A stretch of DNA of 64,000 nucleotides from an uncultured Clostridia bacterium (GCA_934167305.1 CAKPKQ010000005.1:952-64951); one strand, 5' to 3'; counted from the first letter of the stretch, positions 27,722-36,226 are shown. Numbers and translations: made by a program. The notes: a model not told the origin generated them from the letters alone.

Positions 27722-27787
27722 TGTCAGTTCGGGGACGTTTCTTCAACTGACATTTTTGTCAGTTAAAGATACGTCCCCAAACTGACA
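27722..27787. repeat. 66-bp composite palindromic element (TGTCAGTT-N15-AACTGACA, twice, mutually inverted)
   Basis: Two 31-nt arms (27722-27752 and 27757-27787) are 28/31 complementary. Each arm is itself bounded by TGTCAGTT/AACTGACA. Related copies lie at 32659-32797. Confidence 0.85.
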
Positions 27788-28013
27788 AGCACTCCTAAAG
27801 TATTGCTACTTTAGGAGTGCTTTTACACGGTTCCATCCTATTTTTAACTTAATTACTCTTTAACGCAGATGTACGCCTAGCTTTTTACTAGGAACTAATG
27901 AGGTAGTTTTTCAAATCTGTTTATTTAAGTTAGCTTTCAGCCGTTGACCAACTCTCTCTTTTAACAACCTTGATTTTACTTTGTCTCATTCTTGTCTTTA
28001 TTTTTTCAAACTA
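27788..28013 (-). promoter_or_regulatory. T-box riboswitch leader of thrS (Thr specifier)
   Basis: AGAGAG/GGT..GCTGAAAG stem I elements are present. The specifier region is candidate ACU/ACC at about 27902-27907. The T-box motif AGGATGGAACCGTG lies at 27826-27839. The terminator stem aagcactcctaaagt/actttaggagtgctt lies at 27788-27823. Confidence 0.85.
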
Positions 28014-28019
28014 TATATT

Positions 28020-28048
28020 ATTATACTCGCTGTTTTTTCAAGTGTCAA
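28020..28048 (-). promoter_or_regulatory. Promoter of the thrS leader (TTGACA-17-TATAAT)
   Basis: On the minus strand, TTGACA lies at 28048-28043 and TATAAT at 28025-28020, with a 17-nt spacer. Confidence 0.7.
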
Positions 28049-28054
28049 GTGCTT

Positions 28055-28363
28055 TTATATAAGTTTCAATATATCTTCTTTGGGTTGTACTCCTATTGTT
28101 CTTGCGGTTTCGGTTCCATTTTTTATAATTAAGAATGCTGGTATAGTCATTATTTCATATTTTTCTGCTAACTCATGATTTTCATCTACATTTACTTTAC
28201 ATACTTTAACTTTATCTCCCATCTCTTCTGCTATTTTATCTATTACTGGTGACATCATTCTACATGGTCCACACCAGCTTGCCCAAAAGTCAATTAAAAC
28301 TGGTACATTTGCCTCCATTACTTCTTTTTCATAATTATCTTTGTTTAATTCTGTTACACTCAT
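28055..28363 (-). CDS. trxA: Thioredoxin
   Basis: WASWCGPCRM active site. The ATG at 28363 is preceded by GGAGG. The ORF track extends to a TTG at 28378. Confidence 0.95.
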   Translation of the reverse strand: MSVTELNKDNYEKEVMEANVPVLIDFWASWCGPCRMMSPVIDKIAEEMGDKVKVCKVNVDENHELAEKYEIMTIPAFLIIKNGTETARTIGVQPKEDILKLI

Positions 28364-28381
28364 TTTATTTACCTCCAAAAT

Positions 28382-29224
28382 TTATTTTAACACAGCTAAA
28401 CCTGCTTTTGTCCCTTCATATATAGCTTTAGATATTTGTAGCAAACCTCCTGTACAATCTCCACACGCAAATAACCCTGGTACTGTTGTTTCCATATTTT
28501 CATTTACTACAATGTTATTGTTTTCAATTCTAGCACCTATCCTTCTTGCTATATCTGTACTTGACGCTGTTCCAACTGCTATAAATACTCCATTTATTTT
28601 TTGCTTTGTATCATCTTCAAATTCAACTTCTTCAAGTTTGTTCGTTCCTCTAAATTCTTTTATCTTTTTTTCATTTACTACAACCCCATTGCTTCTATTT
28701 TGAACTATTTTTCCACCATTTGTTAGTATAGTTACAGAGTTTGCAATCGGTTTTAATGTTTCAAATTCATGTATAGCATAATTTCCTTCGCCTAATACTG
28801 CAACATCTTTCTCTTTGTAGAAGAAAGAATCGCATATTGCACAATAACTTATCCCTTTTCCTTCAAATTCTTTAATTCCTTTTATATTTGGAATATTTCT
28901 ATTTACCCCTGTTGCCAATATTACTGATTTTGTATCATATTTTGAATTAACAGTTTCTATTGTAAAATTATCTTTCAACTCTATGTTTATTACTTCATCT
29001 TGTACTATTTCTACTCCTAAATTGACAGCTTGATTTAGCCCATTTTCATATAATTTTTTTCCTGATACACCATTTGCAAAACCATAGTAATTATCTATTT
29101 TTTTTGCTTTTTCTAAAGCTCCATTTCCTTTTGATATAACTAATGTAGACAAATTTCTTCTTTTCGCATAAATAGCTGCTGTAATTCCAGCTGGTCCACT
29201 TCCAATTACTGCTACATCATACAC
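28382..29224 (-). CDS. Thioredoxin reductase-like flavoprotein lacking the NADPH-binding signature (FFTR-like)
   Basis: GSGPAG FAD motif and CAICD redox motif are present. GEGNYA replaces GGGNSA, and ILTNGGK sits where HRRxxxR is expected. Confidence 0.8.
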   Translation of the reverse strand: MYDVAVIGSGPAGITAAIYAKRRNLSTLVISKGNGALEKAKKIDNYYGFANGVSGKKLYENGLNQAVNLGVEIVQDEVINIELKDNFTIETVNSKYDTKSVILATGVNRNIPNIKGIKEFEGKGISYCAICDSFFYKEKDVAVLGEGNYAIHEFETLKPIANSVTILTNGGKIVQNRSNGVVVNEKKIKEFRGTNKLEEVEFEDDTKQKINGVFIAVGTASSTDIARRIGARIENNNIVVNENMETTVPGLFACGDCTGGLLQISKAIYEGTKAGLAVLK

Positions 29225-29367
29225 CTTATATTCGCCTCCTCACTAGTTTTATATATATTTTATTTATTTTATGCAATTATTATACACTAATTTTTTTGTT
29301 TTTCAAACACTTGTCTATGAGATTTTTAACACTTCTTAAAAATATTTTAAATTTTTTCAAATTTTTC

Positions 29368-29415
29368 TTGACAAAGCGAACATGTTTTTGTATACTATAT
29401 ACGAACATTGATTCG
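29368..29415 (+). promoter_or_regulatory. Promoter TTGACA-17-TATACT overlapped by two CGAACAT-type LexA-box candidates
   Basis: ttgaca at 29368-29373 and tatact at 29391-29396. The boxes are cgaacatgtttttg (29377-29390) and cgaacattgattcg (29402-29415). Confidence 0.45.
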
Positions 29416-29444
29416 GAGATATAATTTTTTAGGAGGTATTAATT

Positions 29445-30143
29445 ATGAACATTTTCAAAAATAGAAATAATGTAATTTCATATACAGTAAACAAGGAAAT
29501 CGGCTCAAATTGCTATGTTTCAGTTGATGATGGAGAAGTTGTAGTTAATGCCCCATGGTATTTTTCTAGAAGACAAATTCAAACAATTATTGAAGAAAAA
29601 AGGCAATGGATCTTAAACAAAATTAAAGAATATCAAGAACAAAATAATGTATATTCTGATAGAGGTAGTATTGTTATTTTAGGTGCTAATCATCAGGTAC
29701 ATTTATATTATAAAAGTGTAAACACTCCTACCATAAATATAGTTAATCGTACTATTGAAGTTGTACTTCCTAATAAATATAAAAAATTAGAAACAACTCA
29801 AATTTTAAAAATATTAGTTGATAAACTATATGAAAAAGTTGCCGAGCAGGAAGTTGAAAGAGCTATGGAAAAAACAAGATTATTACTTGGATATGCTCCT
29901 GAAGATTACGAAATAAAAAAACTATCTGCTAATGTTATTGCTCATTTTTCTAGCGAAGACAAAAAAATATCAATTAGTTCAAATATAGCTAAATATGATA
30001 GAAATATAATTGATTATGTTGTATTACATGAGTTCTGTCATATGCAATACAAAATTCATACAAAGAATTTTTGGAAAATAATTGCTAAATATATGCCAAG
30101 TTATGAAAAATATGAAAATACTTTAAAAGGCTTGTCATATTAA
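29445..30143 (+). CDS. YgjP-like (DUF45) M48-family metal-dependent hydrolase
   Basis: 232 aa with HEFCH (HExxH) near the C-terminus in the usual DUF45 context. Confidence 0.75.
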   Translation: MNIFKNRNNVISYTVNKEIGSNCYVSVDDGEVVVNAPWYFSRRQIQTIIEEKRQWILNKIKEYQEQNNVYSDRGSIVILGANHQVHLYYKSVNTPTINIVNRTIEVVLPNKYKKLETTQILKILVDKLYEKVAEQEVERAMEKTRLLLGYAPEDYEIKKLSANVIAHFSSEDKKISISSNIAKYDRNIIDYVVLHEFCHMQYKIHTKNFWKIIAKYMPSYEKYENTLKGLSY

Positions 30144-30169
30144 AATAACCTTAATTAGTTTTTAACATC

Positions 30170-30201
30170 AAAAATGCTAACCCATAATGGTTAGCATTTT
30201 T
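30170..30201. terminator. Bidirectional terminator between the DUF45 gene and thyX
   Basis: Stem aaaatgctaacc/ggttagcatttt with a 6-nt loop. Confidence 0.75.
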
Positions 30202-30223
30202 GTTATTAATCTAAAAATTTATA

Positions 30224-30895
30224 TTATAAATCTTCATCAACTGTAAGTTTTGCATAGTATTTTTCATCAAAATCCTCGTCATATTCAATATTTTCAAATA
30301 TTTCTGGCATTTCTTTTTGGAAATACTTTAATAAAGGAATAAGTACTTGTCTTATTGAAGGATGTACATGTTTTGTAGTTCTTAAACTTAAAATATGTTT
30401 CCACTCTCTAATATTAGCTGTCATAACATATTCTGCTGCTACTGAATGAGGTAATACTTCTCTACACATATCTGTAGTAGCCCCCAATTCTTTCATTTTC
30501 ATATATCTTGCTTCTATTTCTTGCATTGCTTTTTTCCATTCTTCATATATTTCTTTATCTTCTATATATGCTGGATTAACAAAAGCAATTTCATTTCCGT
30601 ATTTATCTTTATCATAACTGCAATATCTAGTTGATTCTATTGAAAAACTTGCATGTCTATGTCTTGTCAAGTCTTTATATGATCCCAAATCATTATAAAT
30701 TCTAACTGTAATTTTTTCATGTTCTAAAACTGATTCATGTCCTCTGTTCAAGCAATTTTTTAATAAATTTTTATATGATTCTTCTGAAACCATTCCTTCT
30801 GAGCGATAGCAAGTTCTGCAAGCCTTTTCTATTTTTTTCATTATTTCTATTCCGTCAAATTTTTCTACTTTTATCCATGGTTCTACTATTCTCAT
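30224..30895 (-). CDS. thyX: FAD-dependent thymidylate synthase
   Basis: 223 aa with the ThyX motif RHRHASFSIESTRY. Confidence 0.93.
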   Translation of the reverse strand: MRIVEPWIKVEKFDGIEIMKKIEKACRTCYRSEGMVSEESYKNLLKNCLNRGHESVLEHEKITVRIYNDLGSYKDLTRHRHASFSIESTRYCSYDKDKYGNEIAFVNPAYIEDKEIYEEWKKAMQEIEARYMKMKELGATTDMCREVLPHSVAAEYVMTANIREWKHILSLRTTKHVHPSIRQVLIPLLKYFQKEMPEIFENIEYDEDFDEKYYAKLTVDEDL

Positions 30896-30962
30896 TTATT
30901 TTTCCTCCCTTTTTTTACTTCAAATACTATATCAAAAAAATCAAAATATTACAAGAAAAATT

Positions 30963-31854
30963 TTAATTTAAAATATTAAAATCTGGTACATACTCTTCTT
31001 CATGATCACCAAGTTCTTGTATATATCCATTTTCCAAATTTAGAGTATATAAATAATTTTCTATTTCTTTATATTCTTTTTTAGTTAATTTTCTATTTAA
31101 TAATTTGTCTTCCTTTGCTTTATATGTAGGAAAATATTGAGCCATTACACTTACATATGTACCTTCTGGCATATTTTCTTTTATCCATTTTAAAATATGT
31201 TTTGAATTTTGAATATGATTAGGTAATACTAAATGTCTAATAATTACTCCTTTTTGTATTATTCCATTTTCATTAAATATTGGATTTCCAACTTGTTTTT
31301 GCATTTCTTGTATTGCTGTAGTTGCTATTTTAAAGTAGTTATCTGCTTTAGAATATTTTGTACTTAACTCATTTGAATAGTATTTCAAATCTGGTAAATA
31401 TACATCAATATATCCATTTAGCATTTTTATCGTTTCTACATTTTCATATCCATTTGTGTTATATATAATTGGTATATTTAAACCATTTTCTTTTGCTATT
31501 TTTAATGCTTCTATAATTTGATAAGCATACATTGTGGGTGTAACTAAATTAATATTATTTACTCCTTTTGCTTGTTGGTCTAAAAATATTTGTGCAAGTT
31601 CTTTTACTGTTATTTCTTTTCCTTTACCTAATTGGCTTATTTCATAATTTTGGCAATATATACAATTCAAATTACAATTACTAAAAAACACTGTACCAGA
31701 GCCGTTTTTTCCACTTATACTTGGCTCTTCATAATTATGTACTGACGCTAAAGCAATTTTTATTTTATCATTACATTTACAATATCCTATATTTCCAATT
31801 TTTCTATTAACCCCGACAGTTTCGAGGACAAATATTACATTTTTCTAGATTCAT
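30963..31854 (-). pseudogene. PflX-like radical SAM protein with a +1 frameshift in a G-run (artefact or pseudogene)
   Basis: ATG at 31854 follows GGAGA. MNLEKCNICPRNCRG* stops at the G4 run (plus-strand cccc, 31811-31814). The next frame continues VNRKIGNIGYCKC...GTVFFSNCNLNCIYCQN into ORF 30963..31691. Confidence 0.75.
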
Positions 31855-31946
31855 TTTTTCTCCTGATTCCAATTGTTATTTTTCAATATTTGTATTATAA
31901 TATTTGATAGTTATTTTGTAAAGATCTGTCCTTAAGGAGGGAAAAA

Positions 31947-32669
31947 ATGAGTTTTATTGAAAGAGAATATAAGGTTGATATTAGACATATTGGAACTAGT
32001 AATTTAATTACTAACTATGGTATTTTGTGTTTGCTTGAAGACATTGCAACAGTTCATTCTGATATTGCTGGTTATGGCATAGCTCAAATACCTTTTACCC
32101 ATGTTTCATGGATTTTACTTAATTGGAAGGTATCTGTTTTTAAAAGAGTAGCTTTTGGTGATACTGTTAAGGTTAGAACTTGGTCTGTACCATATAATGA
32201 GCTTTTTACTTATAGAAATTTTGAAATTTATGATAACGAAAATAATTTAATTTGTATTGCAAATTCTAAATGGACATTAGTTAATTCTGATACTAAGACT
32301 CTTACTAAAATCACGGATGAAATAAAAAATAGTTATGAGCCTGAAAGTAAGTTGGTATTTGATAAACTTGAAATAGCCAAATTGAAAGAACCTAGCACTT
32401 CTGAGCATACATTTAGCTTTAATGTTTTAAGAAGAGATATTGATTTTAATAATCATATGCACAACCTATACTATCTTTTATATGCTTATGAAGCATTACC
32501 TAAAGAAGTATATGAAAAAGATGAATCAAATAACTTTGAAATTATGTATAAATCTGGTAGTATGTTAGGTGATAAAATTGATTGTTATTATTCACATGAT
32601 AATGAATCTGATTACATTGTAATGAAAACCAATAATAAATTACATGCAATCATTAAATTGTCAGTTTAG
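31947..32669 (+). CDS. Acyl-ACP thioesterase
   Basis: 240 aa with a double hotdog pattern (NYGILCLLEDIA..., DIDFNNHMHN). The last codons and the stop lie inside the palindromic element. Confidence 0.8.
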   Translation: MSFIEREYKVDIRHIGTSNLITNYGILCLLEDIATVHSDIAGYGIAQIPFTHVSWILLNWKVSVFKRVAFGDTVKVRTWSVPYNELFTYRNFEIYDNENNLICIANSKWTLVNSDTKTLTKITDEIKNSYEPESKLVFDKLEIAKLKEPSTSEHTFSFNVLRRDIDFNNHMHNLYYLLYAYEALPKEVYEKDESNNFEIMYKSGSMLGDKIDCYYSHDNESDYIVMKTNNKLHAIIKLSV

Positions 32670-32797
32670 GGACGTTTCTTTAACTGACATAAATGTCACT
32701 CGGGGGACACATCTTGAAAGTATAATTAAAAAAACTTGAAAGATGTGTCCCCTTAACTGACAAAAATGTCAGTTAAAGAAACGTCCCCGAACTGACA
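32659..32797. repeat. 139-bp compound/nested palindromic element of the same family as 27722-27787
   Basis: The outer arms (32659-32689 and 32767-32797) match the thrS-leader element. A variant hairpin at 32694-32762 (tgtcactcgggggacacatctt...aagatgtgtccccttaactgaca) sits where the 4-nt loop should be. Confidence 0.85.
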
Positions 32798-32858
32798 CAA
32801 AATTATTATTATTGTCATATTATGTAATATAAATTGATTTTAAGGAGGAATATAAAAC

Positions 32859-33248
32859 ATGTTTAATCGTTATAATAGATGTTGTTGCCAAAATAAGTAC
32901 AATCCTGAAATTATAGAGTCATTGTGCAATGATGTTGGTACAACAGCAGATTATGCCCAAGACCCTGAAAATAGTTGTAGTTGTAGGCGTAATAATATGG
33001 TAAATACTAATTCATGCTCATGTGGTTTTGATGAAGAGCCTGTTTCTAATATGTTTCCATCTAACCCAATGTTAGGTCAAAGCTATGTCCCACTTCAAGA
33101 AATGAATAGAACTTTTACACCTTGCTGTGGTTTAAAAATGGGAACTATATTTCCTGAACTAGTAAGTCCATATATGCCAGGTCAAAGTATGGCTGAAAAT
33201 GACTATTTAAGAAGAAATAATGAAATTGGAGAGGGGTGTAATGGTTAA
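32859..33248 (+). CDS. cotJA: Spore coat-associated protein CotJA with a Cys-rich N-terminal extension
   Basis: YVPLQEMNRTFTPCCGLKMGTIFPELVSPY is the CotJA signature. Confidence 0.85.
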   Translation: MFNRYNRCCCQNKYNPEIIESLCNDVGTTADYAQDPENSCSCRRNNMVNTNSCSCGFDEEPVSNMFPSNPMLGQSYVPLQEMNRTFTPCCGLKMGTIFPELVSPYMPGQSMAENDYLRRNNEIGEGCNG

Positions 33249-33664
33249 TGGAAGATGAAAATAGAGATTGTAACTGCGGTGTAAATAAAATGGCTTGTAA
33301 AGATTGTAGTTATACTACTCAAGGCATTAATGCTGCATTTGGATATAATACTCCAGATATGATTGCAAATAATGTTAATAATAATTCGTGTGGTTGTGGT
33401 AATTCAGATGATCCTGATTGTAGTAGAGCTGATATGTTAAATAGCATTAAAAGTTTAAATTTTGCTGTTATTGAGTTAGGTTTATATTTAAATACTCATC
33501 CAGATGATGAAAAAGCTCTTTGTTTACACAGAGAATATTGCAGACAATTAAGAGATTTAAAAGATAAATATCAAAAAGTTTATGGACCTTTAAGCATTTA
33601 CTTCCCATGTAATAAGTGGAGATGGCTTGAAGAACCATGGCCTTGGGAAGGAGGAAATATTTAA
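33248..33664 (+). CDS. cotJB: Spore coat protein CotJB with a Cys-rich N-terminal extension
   Basis: LNFAVIELGLYLNTHPDDEKAL...YGPL...WPWE pattern. TAATG overlap with cotJA. Confidence 0.85.
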   Translation: MEDENRDCNCGVNKMACKDCSYTTQGINAAFGYNTPDMIANNVNNNSCGCGNSDDPDCSRADMLNSIKSLNFAVIELGLYLNTHPDDEKALCLHREYCRQLRDLKDKYQKVYGPLSIYFPCNKWRWLEEPWPWEGGNI

Positions 33665-33665
33665 T

Positions 33666-34304
33666 ATGTGGACTTATAATAAAGTATTGGAATACCCAGT
33701 TAATATAAAATGCCCAAATGCTAAACTTGCTAAATTTATTATTTCTCAATATGGTGGTCCTGATGGTGAGCTTGCCGCTTCCCTTCGTTATTTATCTCAA
33801 AAATTTGGTATGCCTGACCAAATTGCAAAGGCTACTTTAAATGATATAGGTACTGAAGAATTAGCACATTTAGAAATGGTTGGTACTATTGTCCATCAAT
33901 TAACTGAAGGCTTAAGTATTGAAGAAATTAAAGCTGCTGGTTTAGGCGCTTACTATACTGATCATGGTGTAGATATATATCCTCAATCTGCTGCTGGTGT
34001 GCCTTTCTCTGCAAATTGTCTTGCTTGTAAAGGTGACCCAATTGCTAATTTACAAGAAGACTTGGCTGCTGAACAAAAAGCCAGGGCAACTTATGAAAAA
34101 TTGATTGATTTATGTGCAGATGATCCTGATGTTGTTGATCCTCTTCGTTTCTTGCGAGAAAGAGAAGTTGTTCACTTCCAAAGATTTGGTGAAGCATTGA
34201 GAAATGTTCAAGATAAACTTGCTCAAAGAAGATTTTTTACAAGTGGAATGAATAATACAAATTGTATGAATAACAACACATCTGATTCTGATTGTGGAAT
34301 GTAA
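33666..34304 (+). CDS. cotJC: Spore coat protein CotJC (manganese catalase family)
   Basis: ISQYGGPDGELAASLRYLSQ and EELAHLEMV ferritin-like motifs. The ATG at 33666 follows AGGAGG. The ORF-track start at 33627 overlaps cotJB. Confidence 0.9.
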   Translation: MWTYNKVLEYPVNIKCPNAKLAKFIISQYGGPDGELAASLRYLSQKFGMPDQIAKATLNDIGTEELAHLEMVGTIVHQLTEGLSIEEIKAAGLGAYYTDHGVDIYPQSAAGVPFSANCLACKGDPIANLQEDLAAEQKARATYEKLIDLCADDPDVVDPLRFLREREVVHFQRFGEALRNVQDKLAQRRFFTSGMNNTNCMNNNTSDSDCGM

Positions 34305-34506
34305 AAAAATATAATAACAAGCTTTACTTGAAATGTAAATCACTCCAAGTGAGGCTTGTTTTATCTTGTACATTATGTTAAGTTGTGGTATAATTGTTTT
34401 GATATAGTTTTTTCTATATTATGGAATTCCTTTAAAATATTTTGTAAAGGAGGACTAGCTTGTTCTAGTATTTTTTATTTCACACTTACATACTAAGGAG
34501 GAACAT

Positions 34507-35076
34507 TTGAATATGGGTTTTCCATTTTATGATGGTACAACATTATTGAGTTTATCATATTGCTCAAGGAAATTGACTGATCTTTACCATCAGAGTATAC
34601 TGGCACATAACCTAACATCTTCATGCAACGACTATAAAGTTCAAGCAATTACTGAAAATATTTCTTTTTATCGCAAGGTAAAAGAAGAACTTACAAATAT
34701 GCATAAAAATTTAGATGGAAAAGATCTTATGGATTTAATTTTGCCTCTAATGATTCAAAAGATCGATGAGGCACACTCATCTCAAATTTTTATCATATTT
34801 TCATATGTGAGTTCACACACTTTAAAATTTACAATAAAAAAGGCTTGCTCTTCTCATTTGGCATTTAAATATTTTTTTGAAGATATCTTTTCAACTGAAG
34901 TTACATTTAAGGATGAGCTATACAGTGAATCCTGGTATCCTAGTTATAATGGTTTGCCCAAATATACACGTTCATTCATTCCAACTTATTTCTGCAAAAA
35001 AGTGAAACTTTTAATAGAAAACACTATTCACAGTAGTTTTCCAAATATATTGCTTTTTGTGGAAGGAGAAAACTAA
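34507..35076 (+). CDS. Hypothetical protein
   Basis: 189-aa ORF after an AGGAGG SD (TTG at 34507 or ATG at 34513). No recognisable family. Confidence 0.45.
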   Translation: MNMGFPFYDGTTLLSLSYCSRKLTDLYHQSILAHNLTSSCNDYKVQAITENISFYRKVKEELTNMHKNLDGKDLMDLILPLMIQKIDEAHSSQIFIIFSYVSSHTLKFTIKKACSSHLAFKYFFEDIFSTEVTFKDELYSESWYPSYNGLPKYTRSFIPTYFCKKVKLLIENTIHSSFPNILLFVEGEN

Positions 35077-35086
35077 CAAGCTTTTT

Positions 35087-35120
35087 AAAAAGTGGCATTT
35101 TGTAAATGCCACTTTATTTT
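35087..35120. terminator. Bidirectional terminator
   Basis: Stem aaagtggcattt/aaatgccacttt, flanked by A and T runs. Confidence 0.75.
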
Positions 35121-36226
35121 TAATCTTTATTTGTTTTGTTAAATGCTGGTATTTCGCCTATTGCAGTGTTTTTAGCTGTTCTTATTAAAGTTTGGAAAAA
35201 TTCCATAATCATTTTTTTACTTTCGTCATCTAGGCTTTGATATTTTTTTAACATTATTCTCATATCTGTAAATAGTTTTTCCTTTATTTCTTTAAAACTA
35301 TTTGCATCTGTGGTATTTATTATTTCAAATATCGCGTCAACTACAATTTCTCTTTGTTTTGGTTCTATTTCTTTTAACCATTCTTTTATTGTTTTGTCAA
35401 CAAATTGGCTTCCATTTGTAACTTCGGCTAAACTTACAAGTTTTTTTCCTTCAAGTTGCCAGCTGTATAAATCATGTTGCATAAGACCTTTTTGAACACT
35501 TTGAACTATAGTATATTTTTCTTCATGGTTTAGCAATCTTCCTATAACTGATGATTGAGGAATATATGTATGTACTTTTGTTATTGCTTCTTTATATTCC
35601 TTTGTATCTGTTATTTCTTCTATAAATCCAGGTCCATCATTATTATATACATTTATAATTCTATTTTTTACAGTTTTGTTTGCAAATGTTGCAGCATATA
35701 CTGCTAAATTACCACCTTTTGAATGTCCACCTATTCTTATTTTTTGTTTATATTTTTTTGCAATTTCATTTACATATTGTGCTGAATCTTTTTGTGAAGC
35801 AATATGTGCTTTAAAGCTCATATTAAAATCTTCCTTCCAGCCAACTAATGTATCATCTGTTCCTCTATATGTAACAAATACCGTGTTGTCTGGCATTACA
35901 ACTGTAACTGCAAAAAATTGTCTTTCTTCTTCTTTATTAAATTTATTTACCATATCAGTTACAAGCATTTTTCCAAACCTTGCTGATTTTCCTAGTAATG
36001 GTATAAGATATTTATCATCTTCCCAAAGTATTCTTAAAGTTGCTTGGTCTGCTTGTTCAAATCTTTTTGCAAATTCTTCTATTGTTATTTCTTCATTTTC
36101 TTTTGTTAGTTGTTCAAATGGAAAGTAAGATAATCTTGATAATATTAGTCCATCTATTTCGTTGAACTCATCATTTTTTAATTCTAAATCTCCTCTCCAT
36201 TTAACATAATCACAAACATTCGCCAT
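35120..36226 (-). CDS. DUF2974 (Mbeg1-like) alpha/beta-hydrolase-fold protein
   Basis: N-terminus is CDYVKWRGDLEL...LSRLSYFPF. Nucleophile-elbow motif GHSKGGNLA. Confidence 0.8.
   Translation of the reverse strand: MANVCDYVKWRGDLELKNDEFNEIDGLILSRLSYFPFEQLTKENEEITIEEFAKRFEQADQATLRILWEDDKYLIPLLGKSARFGKMLVTDMVNKFNKEEERQFFAVTVVMPDNTVFVTYRGTDDTLVGWKEDFNMSFKAHIASQKDSAQYVNEIAKKYKQKIRIGGHSKGGNLAVYAATFANKTVKNRIINVYNNDGPGFIEEITDTKEYKEAITKVHTYIPQSSVIGRLLNHEEKYTIVQSVQKGLMQHDLYSWQLEGKKLVSLAEVTNGSQFVDKTIKEWLKEIEPKQREIVVDAIFEIINTTDANSFKEIKEKLFTDMRIMLKKYQSLDDESKKMIMEFFQTLIRTAKNTAIGEIPAFNKTNKD

Noticed and set aside
27722-32797. Whether the TGTCAGTT/GGGGACG repeats could be a CRISPR array or CRISPR remnants.
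   Set aside because: There are only two loci 5 kb apart. The units are inverted, not direct, there are no regularly spaced unique spacers, and there are no cas genes in the window.
33468-34373. Minus-strand ORFs 33468..33749 and 34110..34373, plus the 33627 start for cotJC.
   Set aside because: They are antisense to the well-supported cotJB/cotJC genes. The 33627 start would overlap cotJB by 38 nt and add non-conserved residues, whereas the ATG at 33666 has AGGAGG upstream.
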